From positions 79,236,001-79,300,000 of the forward strand of contig OX597818.1 in the NCBI GenBank assembly GCA_951406725.2: a DNA stretch of 64,000 nucleotides. Reading direction: 5' to 3'. Made by a program: the position numbers and the translations under genes. Below, piece by piece: positions 41,439 to 55,286 of this stretch. Position 1 is the first letter of the stretch. Each line of letters begins with the position of its first letter. The DNA is from Octopus vulgaris. Its lineage: Eukaryota. The notes below the pieces were generated by a model. The model did no database searches. It saw only the letters and a list, made by a program, of their open reading frames with translations, and was not told where the DNA came from.

Positions 41439-41790
41439 ATACATACATATATATATGTATGTATATATATGTACATATATCTGATAAATTGATCGTCTCG
41501 ACATAGCAACCAAATATCTATCAAATAACAACTTACACTATTAGTGCATTGGTTAACGACATACCCGAAACAGGTATCACTACCTGGCTAGGAATTTCAC
41601 TGCACAAATAAGTGGTTCTTGTTTCGATACCGCTGCACACTACTTCAGACCAGGTACCATATACACTAGACAAATGAAAAATTAAATACTTCACCCCGTC
41701 TAAAGGAAAATGTCAGAATGAACAACTATTCGAAATAACCTTTGAGTAAATCCTGCTGTCTAGTTCAGTTCCCCGAAGCAATATAATAAA

Positions 41791-42032
41791 CTAGCAGTAT
41801 AACCCGGCCTTGCCCGGAATTAAGTTACGATTATTTAGCTAATGCTTCCATGTACATCTGCATGCATAAAAGTGTCTTATATGTATCCGCAGCACAATAT
41901 GTGTTCCCTTCTAGATTACCGAAATTGCTTCAGCCAATGGAAAACGTCCGAATAAATCACGTCCTCACCCATCTTACTTTACCAGCATTCTTTCTCTCAC
42001 TCTCTCTCTCTCTCTCACTCTCCCAACAGCAG

Positions 42033-42080
<48 letters not shown>

Positions 42081-42384
42081 GTGTGTGTGTATATGTGTGT
42101 GCGTGTGTGTGTGTGCGTGTGTGTGTGTGTAAAATTATATAGGGTGGTGAATATTTTTAGAAATTTCACCACCAGTGGCTTAGTATGTATATAATGTCAA
42201 TAGACAACATATTTTCAATATAAAATAGTGTACATATAAACACAAGATAAAACTACCTTTAATTGGTATTTTTTACACTAGAAGAAGCAATCAAAATGAC
42301 CAAAAATGGGTCGTTTTGACTGCTTCTTCTAGCGTGTAAAAATTACATATTAAAGGTAATTTTCTCTTGTGTTTATATGTACAC

Positions 42385-42390
<6 letters not shown>
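41791..42390 (-). mobile_element. Helitron-like element (3' end clear, 5' end uncertain)
   Basis: a|ctagcagtataacccggccttgcccgg mirrors the 809 terminus. Confidence 0.55.
42225..42388. repeat. Long imperfect palindrome (about 77-bp arms)
   Basis: atagtgtacatataaacacaaga...ctagaagaagca.tcaaaa.gacc / ggtcgttttgactgcttcttctag...tcttgtgtttatatgtacactat. Confidence 0.9.
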
Positions 42391-42450
<60 letters not shown>

Positions 42451-42911
42451 TCCACTTTAAAGTAAATTTACATTTATTGTATTTTGAGATGAAAAGGGCC
42501 AGGGAACAGAATATAGAGTGATGCTTGTTCTAGTACCTACATTTAGGCGTACACTCAGTTCACTTGTTGAGCATTTCAAATTGATACTTACCAAATGTAG
42601 TTAAAAATACTTATTTTTTAGTTTAACTTAGAAATACAATACAGGTACCAGGACATTTATATGATGTTGAAGTGTCAGTAGCTTATCATGTTTGTTAATA
42701 TTTTCAATCGCTTTATTCTTTTAGACTCCAGATGTACTAGAAAAAAAAGAAATGATTTGTTTTTATGTATGAAAGTGTGGAAGTGGTGCGCGTTCCTACT
42801 CGTTTGGAATGGCGTAAGTTTACACATTATCATATGTTAATGATTAGTACGTTGGGTCAGAACAAAAGTATCGTCGTTGAACATATACTATGTTCATATT
42901 TATATAGCGAA

Positions 42912-43235
42912 GTGAAGGCATTTGGCATAATGTTTAGGATTATTCTGCTCACAATCGTAAGGTCGTGCATTCGATTCTGGTGGCGCATTTTTTCTTGAGC
43001 AAGACACTTTATTTCATGTTGCTGCAGTCCACCCAGCTGGCAAAAATGAGTAATAATTATAATTCAAGCGACCAGCCTTGTCATATTGTGTATCACGCTG
43101 GATCTCCCTGAGAAATACATTAAGGGTACGCGTATCCATGGAGTGCTCAGTCACTTGTACGTTTACTTCAGGAACAGGCAATTTCGTTGATTGGATCATT
43201 TGGAACAAACGTCGTCGTGACCAGTAGAACACCAT
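42912..43235 (+). mobile_element. tRNA-derived SINE with CORE-like segment
   Basis: B-box-like ttcgattc; cttgagcaagacactttatttcatgttgctgcagtccacccagctggcaaaaatgagta. Confidence 0.7.
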
Positions 43236-43925
43236 ATATGTAGTGTCTTCTATTAATTTTAACTATGTGTGCGGTGATGCTTATCCAGATAGCCGTTACT
43301 TGTACATTATTTTCGTCCAATGACTTAAAGTCTTTCTGATTATTCTAATAGTGTAAGTGTATGAGTTTCTAACTTGCACGCTATTTCCGTAGTTTTGTTT
43401 TTCTTGAACCCACTATCGTTTAGTGTAGTTTTATAGCACAACATGACAGACAGATACCTTATCAGAATATATTACATAAATGCATCACTGTGTCACTATA
43501 GACGAGATAAAATATCTTTTGGTATTTTCTAGTTTTTTGTTGATGGTATTTATCATCTATCTTTAAACATTCTTACTTTTTTCAGCCATACTGGTGAATC
43601 ACATTGGAGGGTTTAGCTGAATAAATCGACCGCAAAACATTGTTAAAACCTGTTACCTTTTCTATTTTCTTCTGTCGTTCTAAAAGTAACGGGTTTTAAA
43701 CAAACCAACATTGGTTGTGAAAGCAGTGGTGGGGGATAAGCACAAATATAAATACACACTCAGAAGCATATTATCTAATAACAATATAATTTGACTTCAT
43801 TTAAAGCTTCGTAGGGCCTTCACACCAACTTTGCTTGCCAGGTTTAATCAACCGAATGGAGGGATGGGGCAAGTTCAAGATGGCTACAGAAGACTAGCCG
43901 CTTTTTGGTCCAGGCGAATCGTGTG

Positions 43926-44271
43926 GTATTGAAATATCAGCGACATCAAATAGAAATTCCGATATGTTTCTCGGACCGTGTGGTTAGACACAGTAGATAC
44001 ACAGAATAACGCACAAGATACACACGCTCACGCATTCATGCAGCAAGGATACTCATCCCAGCCATATACAAACACACACACATACACACAGACACACACA
44101 CACACAAGCACACACACACACACACACATACACACACACACACATACACGTCGTTACCTTGATTCTTAACGCGTTACCTAGATAGCGAAGTACGAATATC
44201 ATCGTGTCTAACTACGCAATCCGAGAAATACAGATTGAGAATTCTGTCTGATGTCAGTGATATTTCAATAC
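43926..44271. mobile_element. MITE-like element with about 66-bp imperfect TIRs and internal (CA)n
   Basis: 43926-43991 is the reverse complement of 44204-44271. Confidence 0.6.
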
Positions 44272-44989
44272 TAATATTGTCTCAGCTACAGAAGAAGCAC
44301 ATGTCATACAACAGTTCAGAGGGCGTAACATCGACGCTATCACGCCAGGAAATTGTATTCGTTGGTATAGACTGACCCAGACCTACCTTCTAAGATGCCT
44401 CGACCACCAGGAAATAGACGGCTAAATCATCACCTTATCAAGGCTGTAAATCAATAATTATCTTAGTGTACATAGCATCATTTACCCGATGAAAGAAAAC
44501 TTGCAAAGGAATGACACACATCACAACGTAGTGTATTCAAAATCAAAGAAAATGAGCATTTGTTGTAATTGTGAGTTTCTTTAAAAAGATTGAAAAGCCT
44601 GGATTGCGATTTTATGAAATCTTTAACATAAATACATGTACCTATGCAAAGATAAAAGAATACTTAGAAAAGCGATGGACACAACAGAGTGCTTAAAGCA
44701 TAAACACTAGATGAAAATACATGATTATGATAACAATGATCATGAGATAAAACCAAAACAGCTATCATGCAAATTTGATTGCCCGAACTGTTAAATAGAT
44801 TGCTCCGAAACGAATTTGAATGCTCGAAAAAACGCTTCCTTGCATTACAATTAATTTAAATGCTCTCGGTGGGGTTTTTATTTTGAATGATATAAATGCT
44901 AAATTCTTTGACCGAAGTGAGAAATTGAATGATCCGATTATCAAATTCAATGGCAAACGTACGAAAATGACTGTAAAAACATATATTAG

Positions 44990-45380
44990 ATGCTGCGAGT
45001 GTTTCCCCTGAAGGAAGAGAGTATATTTGTTTTAGCCTAGTTTTTCTTCCAAAATGCATCAGCTCAAATTTTCCCACATTTAGTTGCATTTTGTTTTTGC
45101 CTGCCTATTGACTTACAGTATGTAGATCAGACTGGAGTTCAGTTCGGTCTTCTTCTCCAGTGATAATTTTTGCAGTTTCGAGTCATCTGCGAATATTTTC
45201 AATTTGCCGTGTTTTATGACGCTGAAAATGTCGTTTGTATAGGCAATAAAGGGATAACCAGGCCCAAGATAGTCCCCTGGGTTTGAGTGGATTCTACCAA
45301 TCACAACATATTATGTTCTGTTCTTCAAGAAATACTCGTTCCGGGGTAGCAGTTTTCTACGGATTCCAACATTTGATAGA
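44990..45380 (-). mobile_element. CR1/Jockey-type LINE RT fragment
   Basis: PG..LGP...IAYTNDI...KLKIFADDSKL; MQLNVGKFELMHFG. Confidence 0.8.
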
Positions 45381-45560
45381 TCGCTAGCCACTACACATTC
45401 TTTATTTTCTCACCTTGTTTCTTTTTGTGTTCCTTTCTGTGGAAGAGCGTAGGCTCGAAACGTTTAAGACTTTTTCCCCTTCCAAACGTTATAGTAAAAC
45501 ATCTGTTTGTTGTCTATACCACCTGTCTTCGTCTTTTGTTTTTTTTTTGTGAATTCTGCA
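45377..45560 (+). mobile_element. Hammerhead-like element (family B)
   Basis: Paralog of 59395-59580; ends at a TA-rich microsatellite. Confidence 0.7.
45433..45468 (+). ncRNA. Hammerhead-like motif, CUGUGGA variant core
   Basis: cuuu-CUGUGGA-a-gagc-guag-gcuc-GAAACGUU-uaag. Confidence 0.5.
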
Positions 45561-45600
45561 CATATATATGTATATATATATATATATATGTATGTATATA

Positions 45601-45666
<66 letters not shown>

Positions 45667-46049
45667 TATACATATACATATACATATATACATACATACA
45701 TACATACGTACATACATACATATAGAGTTGAATGGAATTTATAGGTATCGTAATGCATCGCTACGCACGTTCACACAAATCGCATATCTCTTAAGATCGC
45801 CGTCCGTATCCCTGCCATGATTACAGTGTAGTCCGTTGTATTCTTAGGCATTGAGTAGATCATCGTCATGGATTCATTCCTTCAGGCGATATAGCATTAA
45901 TGAATGTTTAACTGGGGGCTATTTATCACTTTTGACCAGTGAGAAGGTCGATAGAAGTATGTGGGTAGTGCATTCCTTTGTTCGATCTCATTTAAGGCAT
46001 ATATATATATGTGTGTGTGTGTGTACATATATGTATACATATGTATATA

Positions 46050-46210
46050 TAATGGGTTTCTTTCAGTTTCTGTCTGTTAAATCCAGTCTCAAGTCTTTGG
46101 TCGACCCGAGGTTATAGCAGAAGGCATCTGCCCAAGGAGCTAGGCAGTGGGATTTAATCCTGGATCATGGGATTGGGAAACAAGCTTCTGACCTCACAAC
46201 CACGCCTGTG
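46050..46210 (-). mobile_element. SINE 5' half
   Basis: Similar to 39130-39293. Confidence 0.65.
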
Positions 46211-46382
46211 TCTACAGAGAATTTTGCTCAACAACTGCACAATTTCAGGTTAAGTGGTACTGCATGTTACCTCAGACAAGTTTAAAATATTGTCTCGGGA
46301 TGAAAATGCCATATAAGTTAATTTACTAGACTCACTCTGTGCAGAATCCCATAGTATATGTCTCCCTCTGTCTCTGTCTCTG

Positions 46383-46417
<35 letters not shown>

Positions 46418-46964
46418 GCCCCTTTCTCCCTGTATGTGTTTATACATATATATACTTATATTGCTATTGAGAAAAAGTGTTGCAAGACCAAAACGTTGCT
46501 TTTTCAAAACACGAAAAAATGTTTCACCATTCCGTTGCAAAACCGTTGTACTACACTTTGACAATTTTTTATATTTTGGCATCTTAAGTAGCTATAGATA
46601 CGATTGTTTTTGACCAAAAGAACCGGCTATTGCAAGCAAAAATAAATATGGAAAAAACGCATTTGGCCAAATTTGGATATTCGACACTTTGACGTAATAA
46701 CTATACACACACACATATATATATGCTTGTATATTTATATCAGTGATTACGTATGCGTTTGTATTTGTGTCACGAACATAAAGAGAAAGCAAATCTTTAT
46801 TTATCTGATTTAATACATCAGCGTTTTCCTTTATATGATTACGTATATATTTGTATATATATATATATATGTATAAAGTTTGCTGTGTATTTAGCTTGTG
46901 GTATGTGTTTTACCTTTATCTAAGAGTGTACAATGTACGCACACATACATACACACATATAGTG

Positions 46965-47185
46965 ACAACGGTGTTGTTTTGTTTATCTACACATATAAGT
47001 AGTGACAGCCGGTGTTATTTTCCTTATCGCCTATAATCTAGCGTTTCGGCAAAGCAGTTTGATAGAATAATTATGAGACCTTCAAAACGAAAAAAATGTA
47101 CCGGGGTGGATTCGATCGATTAAGCTCGTCTAGGTAATGGGTAATGTCCAAGCATGACTGAAAACCATTGACTAAGACAAGTAGA
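46965..47185 (+). mobile_element. SINE 3' half, decayed
   Basis: ttcggcaaa...gatagaataa...ggggtggattcgatcgattaa. Confidence 0.5.
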
Positions 47186-47225
47186 CAAGTAAAAAAATAT
47201 ATATATGTGTGTAGATATATATGTG

Positions 47226-47264
<39 letters not shown>

Positions 47265-47275
47265 GGCCATGATAC

Positions 47276-47318
47276 TCCAGACTGATGACGAGCAATGACT
47301 CAGAAACATGTCACTGGA
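47276..47318 (+). ncRNA. Minimal type I hammerhead ribozyme, slightly degenerate
   Basis: uccag-a-CUGAUGA-cgag..cuca-GAAACAUGUC-a-cugga; palindromic ACAUGU. Confidence 0.6.
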
Positions 47319-47982
47319 TGCAGGTTGGGGGTGCTTGTCTCCCCTTTGTAAACATAAGTACACAGGATATGTGTCAAGGCCGACAGGAAGTGTTGCTGAT
47401 TCCTAGGGCTAAATAGCGGTTATGTGATTCCCTTTATGGGACTGTTAAGTTAAGTTGACAGTATAGAACTGCTCTCTCTCTGTCTCTCTCTCTCTTTTCA
47501 TATATATATATATATATATATACGAGTGAGTGGCCAAACGAAAGAAGGGCACTCAACAAACTTATTGTGAGTTACAAGTATGGATCAAAACAGTTTGATT
47601 CAAATTCATTGGTACTCTTGAGTTTCAAGCGTGATGGTAGTCGTCAGCCATTCTGAATTTGAATCACAGAAATTGATTGTTATCACCATAACGTGGGCTG
47701 TGATTGGTGGAAGAAAGTTACGCGATTGGTCGAAGTGTCACGGTTTAATGTTGGAATCTGCCTAACAGTTAGTTGAAAAATATCGCATAGTGAACAGAAA
47801 AAGAGGGAATAGACCACGTGGCGGTTAGAAAATCGGGCAGGTTGTAGGAGGGGAAATAAGCAGGGGAGTTATGTGCATGTATATTTGTATATGTGAGTGT
47901 GTAGATTTGCTCATATGGTTTTGCGTGCATATGCGTTTTGGTGCGAGCGTGCGCATCTGTACATGGACAGGCACGCGTACGT

Positions 47983-48036
<54 letters not shown>

Positions 48037-48269
48037 CGCGCTCACAGATCCACGTGCATACGCACACATGTACACACATATACGCGGACACTCACACATG
48101 CGTGTTCATTAATATGTACATATGAATGAATACGCATGCATGTGCGTACATGTATGTGCCTGTGTGCGATTGCGAGTGTATGTGAGTGCGTGCGAGCGCG
48201 TTCATCCATGTATGTGTGTGTATGTTCGTGTGTGTGAACGTGCGCGTGCCCGCCCATGTATAGATGCGC

Positions 48270-48570
48270 GCAAAGTGTGACAAGTCCGGGTTTTTGAAAT
48301 GCAGGTACAAAACAAGAAGAAAGAATGAGAGAAAGTTGTGGTGAAAGAGTACAGCTAGTTAACCACCATCCCCTGCCGGAGCTTCGTGGAGTTTTAGGTA
48401 TTCCCGCTCAATAAACACTCACAACGCCCGGTCTGAGAAACGAAACCGCGAGTCAGCTACGTTAAGGGTACTCGTGTCTGTGGAGTTTTCAGCACGTTAA
48501 TTTTACGAGCAGGCTGTTCTGTTGACCGGATCAACTGGATCACTCGTCGTCGCAACCGATGGAGTGCCAC
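48270..48570. mobile_element. Rearranged SINE copy (part inverted) related to 49615-49970
   Basis: 48270-48454 direct match to 49751-49935; 48458-48569 inverted match to 49614-49726. Confidence 0.8.
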
Positions 48571-48688
48571 GATATATATATAGAGCACACACGAAAAACA
48601 TATGAGCGCGTCTACACACCCACATGTACAAATATACTTGAACATATCGCCCCTGTGTACCAACGAATTTGAATCAAACTGTTATGAT

Positions 48689-48766
<78 letters not shown>

Positions 48767-49368
48767 GGAGAAACAGACAGGCGATGAGAAAATGTTACAT
48801 ACGAGTACAAACATAATATATAATATTCCTGTGTGTCTGCTATACCTGGGTGTATGTGTGCACATACCTGTCAAAGGATATGTCTTTAAATTACGTCAAC
48901 ACGTATATATGGCTCAGTGTGGCTCTGCGTACCTAATAGATATTTCTATTTTGGAAATATATTTGATATTTCTAAGTAAATTTTTAGTTATTTCACCTTT
49001 GACAATGATATAGCAGTGTAATAAGAAATATCGTTGGTTTTATTATCTGAAACCGGACCTAAAGTATCTGAACTTGATGACCTTATTCATTTAACATTAC
49101 GTATCACTCATTTTATCATCTCTGAATACAACAATCTATAGCGCTCTATTTCTGTGATTCATAATATTAATAAAATAGAAAAAATACTTAAATTTTAGTC
49201 TAGTGAGATTGTAGGTGTGCATGTGTATCTTTTCATCAAAGTATTTGCGTATATATATGTATGTGTGTGTGTGTGCGTGTGTATGAGAGAGAGAGAGAAA
49301 AAAAAACAGTGTGTGTGTGTCTGTGTGTGTTTATCTGTGCATGTGTGTAAGTATGTATGTATGTTTAT

Positions 49369-49526
49369 AGGCATGGCTGTGTGGTAAGAAGCTTGCTTTC
49401 CAACCACATGGCTCCGGGTTCAGTACTCTGCCGTGGCACCTTGGGCAAGTGTGTTTTACTGTAGCCTCGTGGTGGCCAAGGCCTTGTGAGTGGATTTGGG
49501 AAACGGAAACTCAGAGAAATCCGTCG
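49369..49526 (+). mobile_element. SINE 5' half
   Basis: ggcatggctgtgtggtaagaagcttgctttccaaccacatggctccgggttcagt. Confidence 0.8.
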
Positions 49527-49550
49527 TATGTATGTATGTATGTATGTATG

Positions 49551-49613
<63 letters not shown>

Positions 49614-49970
49614 TGGCACTCCGTCGGTTGCGAAGATGAGTGATCCATTTGATGCGGTCAACAGAACAGCCTGCTCGTAAAATTAACGTGCTGAGCACTC
49701 CACAGATACGAGTACCTTTAACGTAGTTCTCAGGGAGACTCAACATGATACAAAGTTTGACAAGTCCGGGTCTTTGAAATGCAGGTACAAAACAAGAAGA
49801 AAGAATGTGAGAAAGTTGTGGTGAAAAAGTACAGCATAGTTAACCACCATCCCCTGCCGGAGCTTCGTGGAGTTTTAGGTATTCTCGCTCAATAAACACT
49901 CACAACGACCGGTCTGGGAAACGAAACCGCGAGTCCACTACTCTAACCACTGGGCCATTGCACCTCCACA
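49614..49970 (-). mobile_element. tRNA-derived SINE (composite)
   Basis: Head gtggaggtgcaatggcccagtggttagag...ggtttcgtttcccagaccgg. Confidence 0.8.
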
Positions 49971-50247
49971 CACACAACCACACGCGCGCGCAAATACACG
50001 CACACGTGTCTATATATACAAACACATGCATATATATGTATGTATGAGAGTATATGTCCCCGTTACATAAGGGGTCGGCAAAAGATCGATAAAATAGGCA
50101 CCAGACTTACCAATAATTTTACCTAAAATCTCCAAGAAGGTAAGGAGATAGACAAAGAACATGCTGTCTTCACTACAGCTAAGAAGCTACTAAGAAGATA
50201 CTAAGTGTCCATCTCTTTTAATTTAATTTAATTTAATGTAAATGATG

Positions 50248-50329
50248 CAGCTGAGGATTGCTCTGCACTTAAATTAATGTAACGGTTGCCTTGTTCAATT
50301 AAATAGAGTCGCTTGAAACGATCGTACTG
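50248..50329 (+). ncRNA. Hammerhead motif with long, decayed stem II
   Basis: cag-CUGAGGA-...-GAAACGAUCGUA-cug; palindromic ACGAUCGU. Confidence 0.5.
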
Positions 50330-50422
50330 AATTACCTCTAGATCTCATGTTGCGCATTTTGATTTTATTCACCTTATTTTGAAACTGTATGGATAATACC
50401 GTACTAAATTAGGGTGCCTCAA

Positions 50423-50565
<143 letters not shown>

Positions 50566-50599
50566 TGAAAGTGACAGATAGACCGAAAGAAAGAGCCAT

Positions 50600-52050
50600 G
50601 ATTTATTGGTAGTATTAAGAAACGCAGACGCAGTGAGCTTCGGCTGATGTTAAAAGACATGGAATGTTATGTTTTCAAAGCTCTTCATTTTCTGTCCAGG
50701 ATTAGTGTAGAGCGCTTTGTAATGTGATAGTTCTCAGTCAGACAAAACTGAGCCGATTACAATTATTAGTACATGCAGGTGTGTTGTGCAGGGCACACGA
50801 TTAGGTGTTTGTCAACATAGCACTATTTTCCTGTTTCCAGATATACTTCGAGAAGTGTATAGCATTTTCTGTGTGACAGTTTTTGAAAGAGGTTATATAC
50901 TGGCAGTGTTTAGTGTTATATGCTTTCAGAATAAATAAGAAATAGTACTATTCCTTTATCTGTTGTCGTAGCGGCCGGATACGCAATGCATTTAGTTAAC
51001 TGAATATACCAAGTACACGGCCCAATTTTTTGACAGTTATCTTCTGTTTGTTTTTTTATTACAAAGAAGAATCTGATTATGCAACGAAAGGGATCGTATC
51101 GAACGATTTATGGAATAGCTGGTCGTTATATTGTTCTTGTATTTTATGCAAATTTTTTGTGTTTGTGGAAGTGTTTGCGGTGTAAATGCTGCAAATTGAG
51201 TTTATAACATTCCAGATGGCCAGTGGATTGAATCAGATTCTATTCGTCCCTAGTATCTTTTACTTTCCCTTATTTTTATATTTGCTATTTGTGGTGAATT
51301 ATTATATTCTGTTTCATAAGGTTATGTTCTATTTCAAATGGGTTGTTTTCAAATGGTGATTCTTCTCTCCAGTGCTGTGAAAAATTGTTTAATCACAGGA
51401 GAAACAGATCATGCGTTTACTTTATATTGCTCTATCGTTTCATGATATATAGTGTGAATTGTTGGAAACTGAATATATGAAGAGAGGGTAGTTGTCAAGT
51501 TTTACATAGTGCTCATTCGAATCAGAGATTAGATTTATTGTCGTATGAAGAATTTCTCAGAGATTATGTCGGTTTCTACAGGTGAACGTCATTGATGATG
51601 GTAATGATATATTCATTCGAGTACCTGGTTATCTATCCACTCCAACTCTTGGAAACCATTAGACCGTTGTCTTTATACAGTTCCACAATAGTGGTGTGGC
51701 ATACCCATTCTATTTCGCACAGGTAACGTAAGTTTACCATTTCACAAATCTAAACCCCATAGTTCTTCAAAGAGATAAGTTACATGAATCTGTTCGATGT
51801 ATAATGTATTATCTAGGTTTAACACATACCTAATTGATGCGGTGTATATACCAGTATATGAGCTATCTTAGTCCTTGGCCCAAAGAAAATACTACAACAC
51901 TCTCGAAGCAAAGTTGATAGAACAAAGCCGGAGTTTGGTCTATCGACCATTACAAGGCTCATCTTAGACAAAGCCACCACATGAAATAATCGTCCAAAAC
52001 GACACGAAATATGTTTATTAGAAAACTATCATATTATAAAGACATTCAGA
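50600..52050 (-). mobile_element. Decayed Penelope-like element (RT C-terminus + GIY-YIG region)
   Basis: *FNP (WFNPP), KHF...LHKI...SYS, TSFKN...SKYIWK, FCLTEN remnants. Confidence 0.6.
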
Positions 52051-52084
52051 CACCAATAATGAATTTTCGATTCCAATTTCGTCT

Positions 52085-52335
52085 CCTTTTTCAAGCCTAG
52101 CCAGGTTCATGGTTTCCCGGTTTCTGTGGCGCATGTGTTCCCCCCAGCTGGACGGGACGACAGTCCATCGCAGCGTTACTCAAGAAATAGGAAGAGAGAG
52201 TGAGAGAAAGTTGTAGCGAAAGAGTACAGCATCGTGGAGGGAGCTTTTAGGTATTTTTGCTCAATAAACACACACAATGCCCGGTCTGGGAATCGAAACC
52301 GCGATCCTCCGACCGCGAGCCCGTTGCCCCAACCA
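52085..52335 (-). mobile_element. tRNA-derived SINE
   Basis: gtggaggcgcaatggcccagtggttggggc...ggtttcgattcccagaccggg. Confidence 0.85.
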
Positions 52336-52662
52336 CTGGGCCATTGCGCCTCCACCCAATAAAGAATAGAAGAACAGAACTATTATCGACTTGAAGAACA
52401 AGTATGATATACTAGTAATTCTTTTCTGGACACCAGAGCACAGCTGGTGTCATATAATGCGTCAGAGGTCGGCACTTTGTCTTCTGCATCAACAACTTCG
52501 TTAAAATCCACAGAAGATCATTATGTATAAATTCTTTGATAATATTACTGCAAAACCATGATGCGAAAGTTGCTGCAGGCACTAAGTATATACATAGTAC
52601 ACACAGCAGGACTCTCTGCTAATGTGTATGACCACTTTGTATTGTATACAAAAAAGTTGTTT

Positions 52663-52735
<73 letters not shown>

Positions 52736-53340
52736 ATGTGTGTGACTTTACTGACTTTGAAGTTAAAGTAATAGAAGGCGTGTTTCAGTTCTTTCATCAC
52801 ACTCCAAAGGGAAATGTCAAAATGGAGATTCTGGCACAAGATCAAAACAGGTTATTCGTATTTTCTGATCAAATTGGTGTAGCATATGCTAATCAGTTGA
52901 AATGCTGTATTGTCTGATTAACCACATTTGCACTAAATACTTTACAATGTATATTTCACTCTTTTGTAACTTTGAGTTTAATTCTTATTGTCATATTATT
53001 ATAATGAGGCGTGCCTAATAATACTAATGATTTTATTTCATTGATGAAACAACATAAAGAAGGAACTGTTCATTATATCTATCTCTTCATCCTTTAATTG
53101 GCATTTACTTCATTGAAACCGGTATATGAAAGACAAAGTCGACACTGTAGGGTAGAATTTGAACTCAGAACATAAACAGACGTAACTAAATACTATTATG
53201 TATTTCGCCGATTGTTCTACCGATTCTGTTGACCACTAAGTTAATAATTCTGATAACAACAACAACACCACCATACTCTAAATAATGGTTTCTAAATTAA
53301 GTAGATTAGTTTTTATATATGGATATATATATGTTTTTTT

Positions 53341-53530
53341 TTATATAAAATCTGTTCTCTGTGTGTGTGGGGGGTCTTCTCGGATCACGGGCATCCTCCA
53401 TCCGATTGCGCTCAAATTTGATATGTAGATACCGACGGTATCAGGGCTTGTATAAATCTTGAAAAATTACAAAAATCGATTCCAGGTGAGAATGCGATCG
53501 ATAAAACCGTGGGAAATCGTTTTTCTTTGG
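53341..53530 (+). mobile_element. Helitron-like 5' fragment
   Basis: ttatataaaatctgtt..tgtgtgt..ccgattgcgctcaaatttg, typical 5' arrangement; no 3' end seen. Confidence 0.4.
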
Positions 53531-53609
53531 TTGCACAATCGACTATGTGGCGCTGATAGGAGTCTATTTATATTTCTTCTTTTGCTGGTGTCTTAAATTC
53601 AGGTTAAAT

Positions 53610-53668
53610 CAGTGTTCTCAAAGGGGAGGCCTATGGAACGGTCGGAGAAGTTGGTTTGAGAAAATTTG
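53610..53668. mobile_element. Miniature hAT-like remnant
   Basis: cagtgttctcaaa...tttgagaaaatttg with near-identical 8-bp flanks ggttaaat/gtttaaat. Confidence 0.5.
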
Positions 53669-53721
53669 GTTTAAATGTTTGACAACTCAGCACCGTCCAT
53701 TGGACGGGGGGCATTTTGCTC

Positions 53722-53764
<43 letters not shown>

Positions 53765-54284
53765 CATCATGAACCCTACATATTCTTTCTTCTCTCTTCG
53801 TTTTCCTGCTTCTCTTGTCATTTTCTCCTCTCAACACTTTCTGTCGAACAGCGTGGGCTCGAACGTCAATGACTCTTCCAATTTTCTCGCCCATCAAACC
53901 GATACACCTCCTTGTTGTTACCTCACCTGCCTTCCTCTTTTGTTTTCTGGAAATTTGAACCCTACATATATACTCGTGCTTCTTATTTTGTTATTGTACG
54001 ATAAGGAAACCGGGAAACCGGCCCTGATGATCCAAGTGTATCTCGAGAAGGAACAAAAAATGTGTGTGTGTGTGTTTTGGGGAGTTGAATTTACAAGTAT
54101 TTAATAACAATTGCACCTGGCAATTGTTATGCGTTACTCAAAGTTTCCTCGGCGTAGAACATATCCGCTTGGTCTGATGACAGGTGAAACTGCTTAGGAA
54201 CTCGGAGCTGAGACGAAATGTTAGCGCACGCGCGCGCACACTCGCACACACACATGCACACATACACAGTTATGTATATATATA

Positions 54285-54445
54285 TAATTAATGCCCTAAC
54301 AGAGGAAAAAACACAAGAAGAAGAAAAAAATACATGGAAAGTATTAACAACGCTCAGGGAAGGAAAGAAAGTTAGTTTTACGCTTCGAGCAAAGGTCTTC
54401 TTTAGAAACAGGAGACAGAGGAAAGTCCAAAGGAAAAGGAAATAT
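54285..54445 (-). mobile_element. Family A-related element with degenerate hammerhead (54375-54409)
   Basis: guuu-CUAAAGA-agacc..gcuc-GAAGCGUA-aaac; acgctcagg shared with the 27100 copy. Confidence 0.55.
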
Positions 54446-54515
54446 ATACATAAACACACACACACACGCACACACACACACACATACACCCACAAACCCA
54501 CACACCCACACGCAC

Positions 54516-54554
<39 letters not shown>

Positions 54555-54556
<2 letters not shown>

Positions 54557-55051
54557 GAGTGTCCATAAGAAATGGTGCAATGCTACATAATTACTTCACT
54601 CATAAGCTTGCACAATTAGAACTGATAGAGAATACCCTCTTTCAACTTTGCTCTGCTAGTTAGGCAGTTTCTAAATGAGAAGTTTCCCAACAGATGGATT
54701 GCAAGAGGTGGAACGTTATTTTGGCCTGCACGTTCACCTAATTTAACTCAATTGGATTTCTTTTAATGCGGACATGTGAAAAGTATTATTTATACAACTA
54801 AGCCTCGATCTTTAGAAGACTTGAAAGCTAGGATAACGGATGTGATTGAATGTGTTACTGAAAATAAGCTGGAAAATGTTTTCCGAGACCTACAGAATCG
54901 TATTTCTTTTTGTGTTAATAATGATGGTGAGCAGGTTGAAAATTAACTAAATGATTAAAAATTTCTTGACCTTTTTACAGATTAATTTTATCATGTATAG
55001 TGACAAGGATACAAGTATTTTAAGTTGCACCATGGCTTTATGGACACCCTG
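54555..55051 (+). mobile_element. Internally deleted Tc1/mariner (rosa/DD41D-like) transposon
   Basis: TIRs ccgagtgtccataagaaatggtgcaa / ttgcaccatggctttatggacaccctg, TA TSD; FLNEKFPNRWIARGG..WPARSPNLTQLDFF*.GHVK. Confidence 0.85.
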
Positions 55052-55236
55052 TATCTATATACATATATATGTGTGTATTTGTAAGTTAAGTACAGCATGT
55101 GATGCCACTAGAACAGATGTAATTAGCATAAATGCTGACAGGTGAATTAGAATTGCTGTATGTTTTGTAGTCCATTTTTGTATCATCTAGTTGTCCGGTG
55201 GTTTTGCGTTCTTGTCACATTTTGTATTATATTTTA

Positions 55237-55286
<50 letters not shown>

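Noticed and set aside
51582-51722. AG...GT-bounded exon-like stretch on the plus strand
   Set aside because: In-frame stop, and it is antisense to a Penelope fossil
54170-54225. CTGATGA...GAAAC hammerhead-like words
   Set aside because: No stem II or stem I pairing
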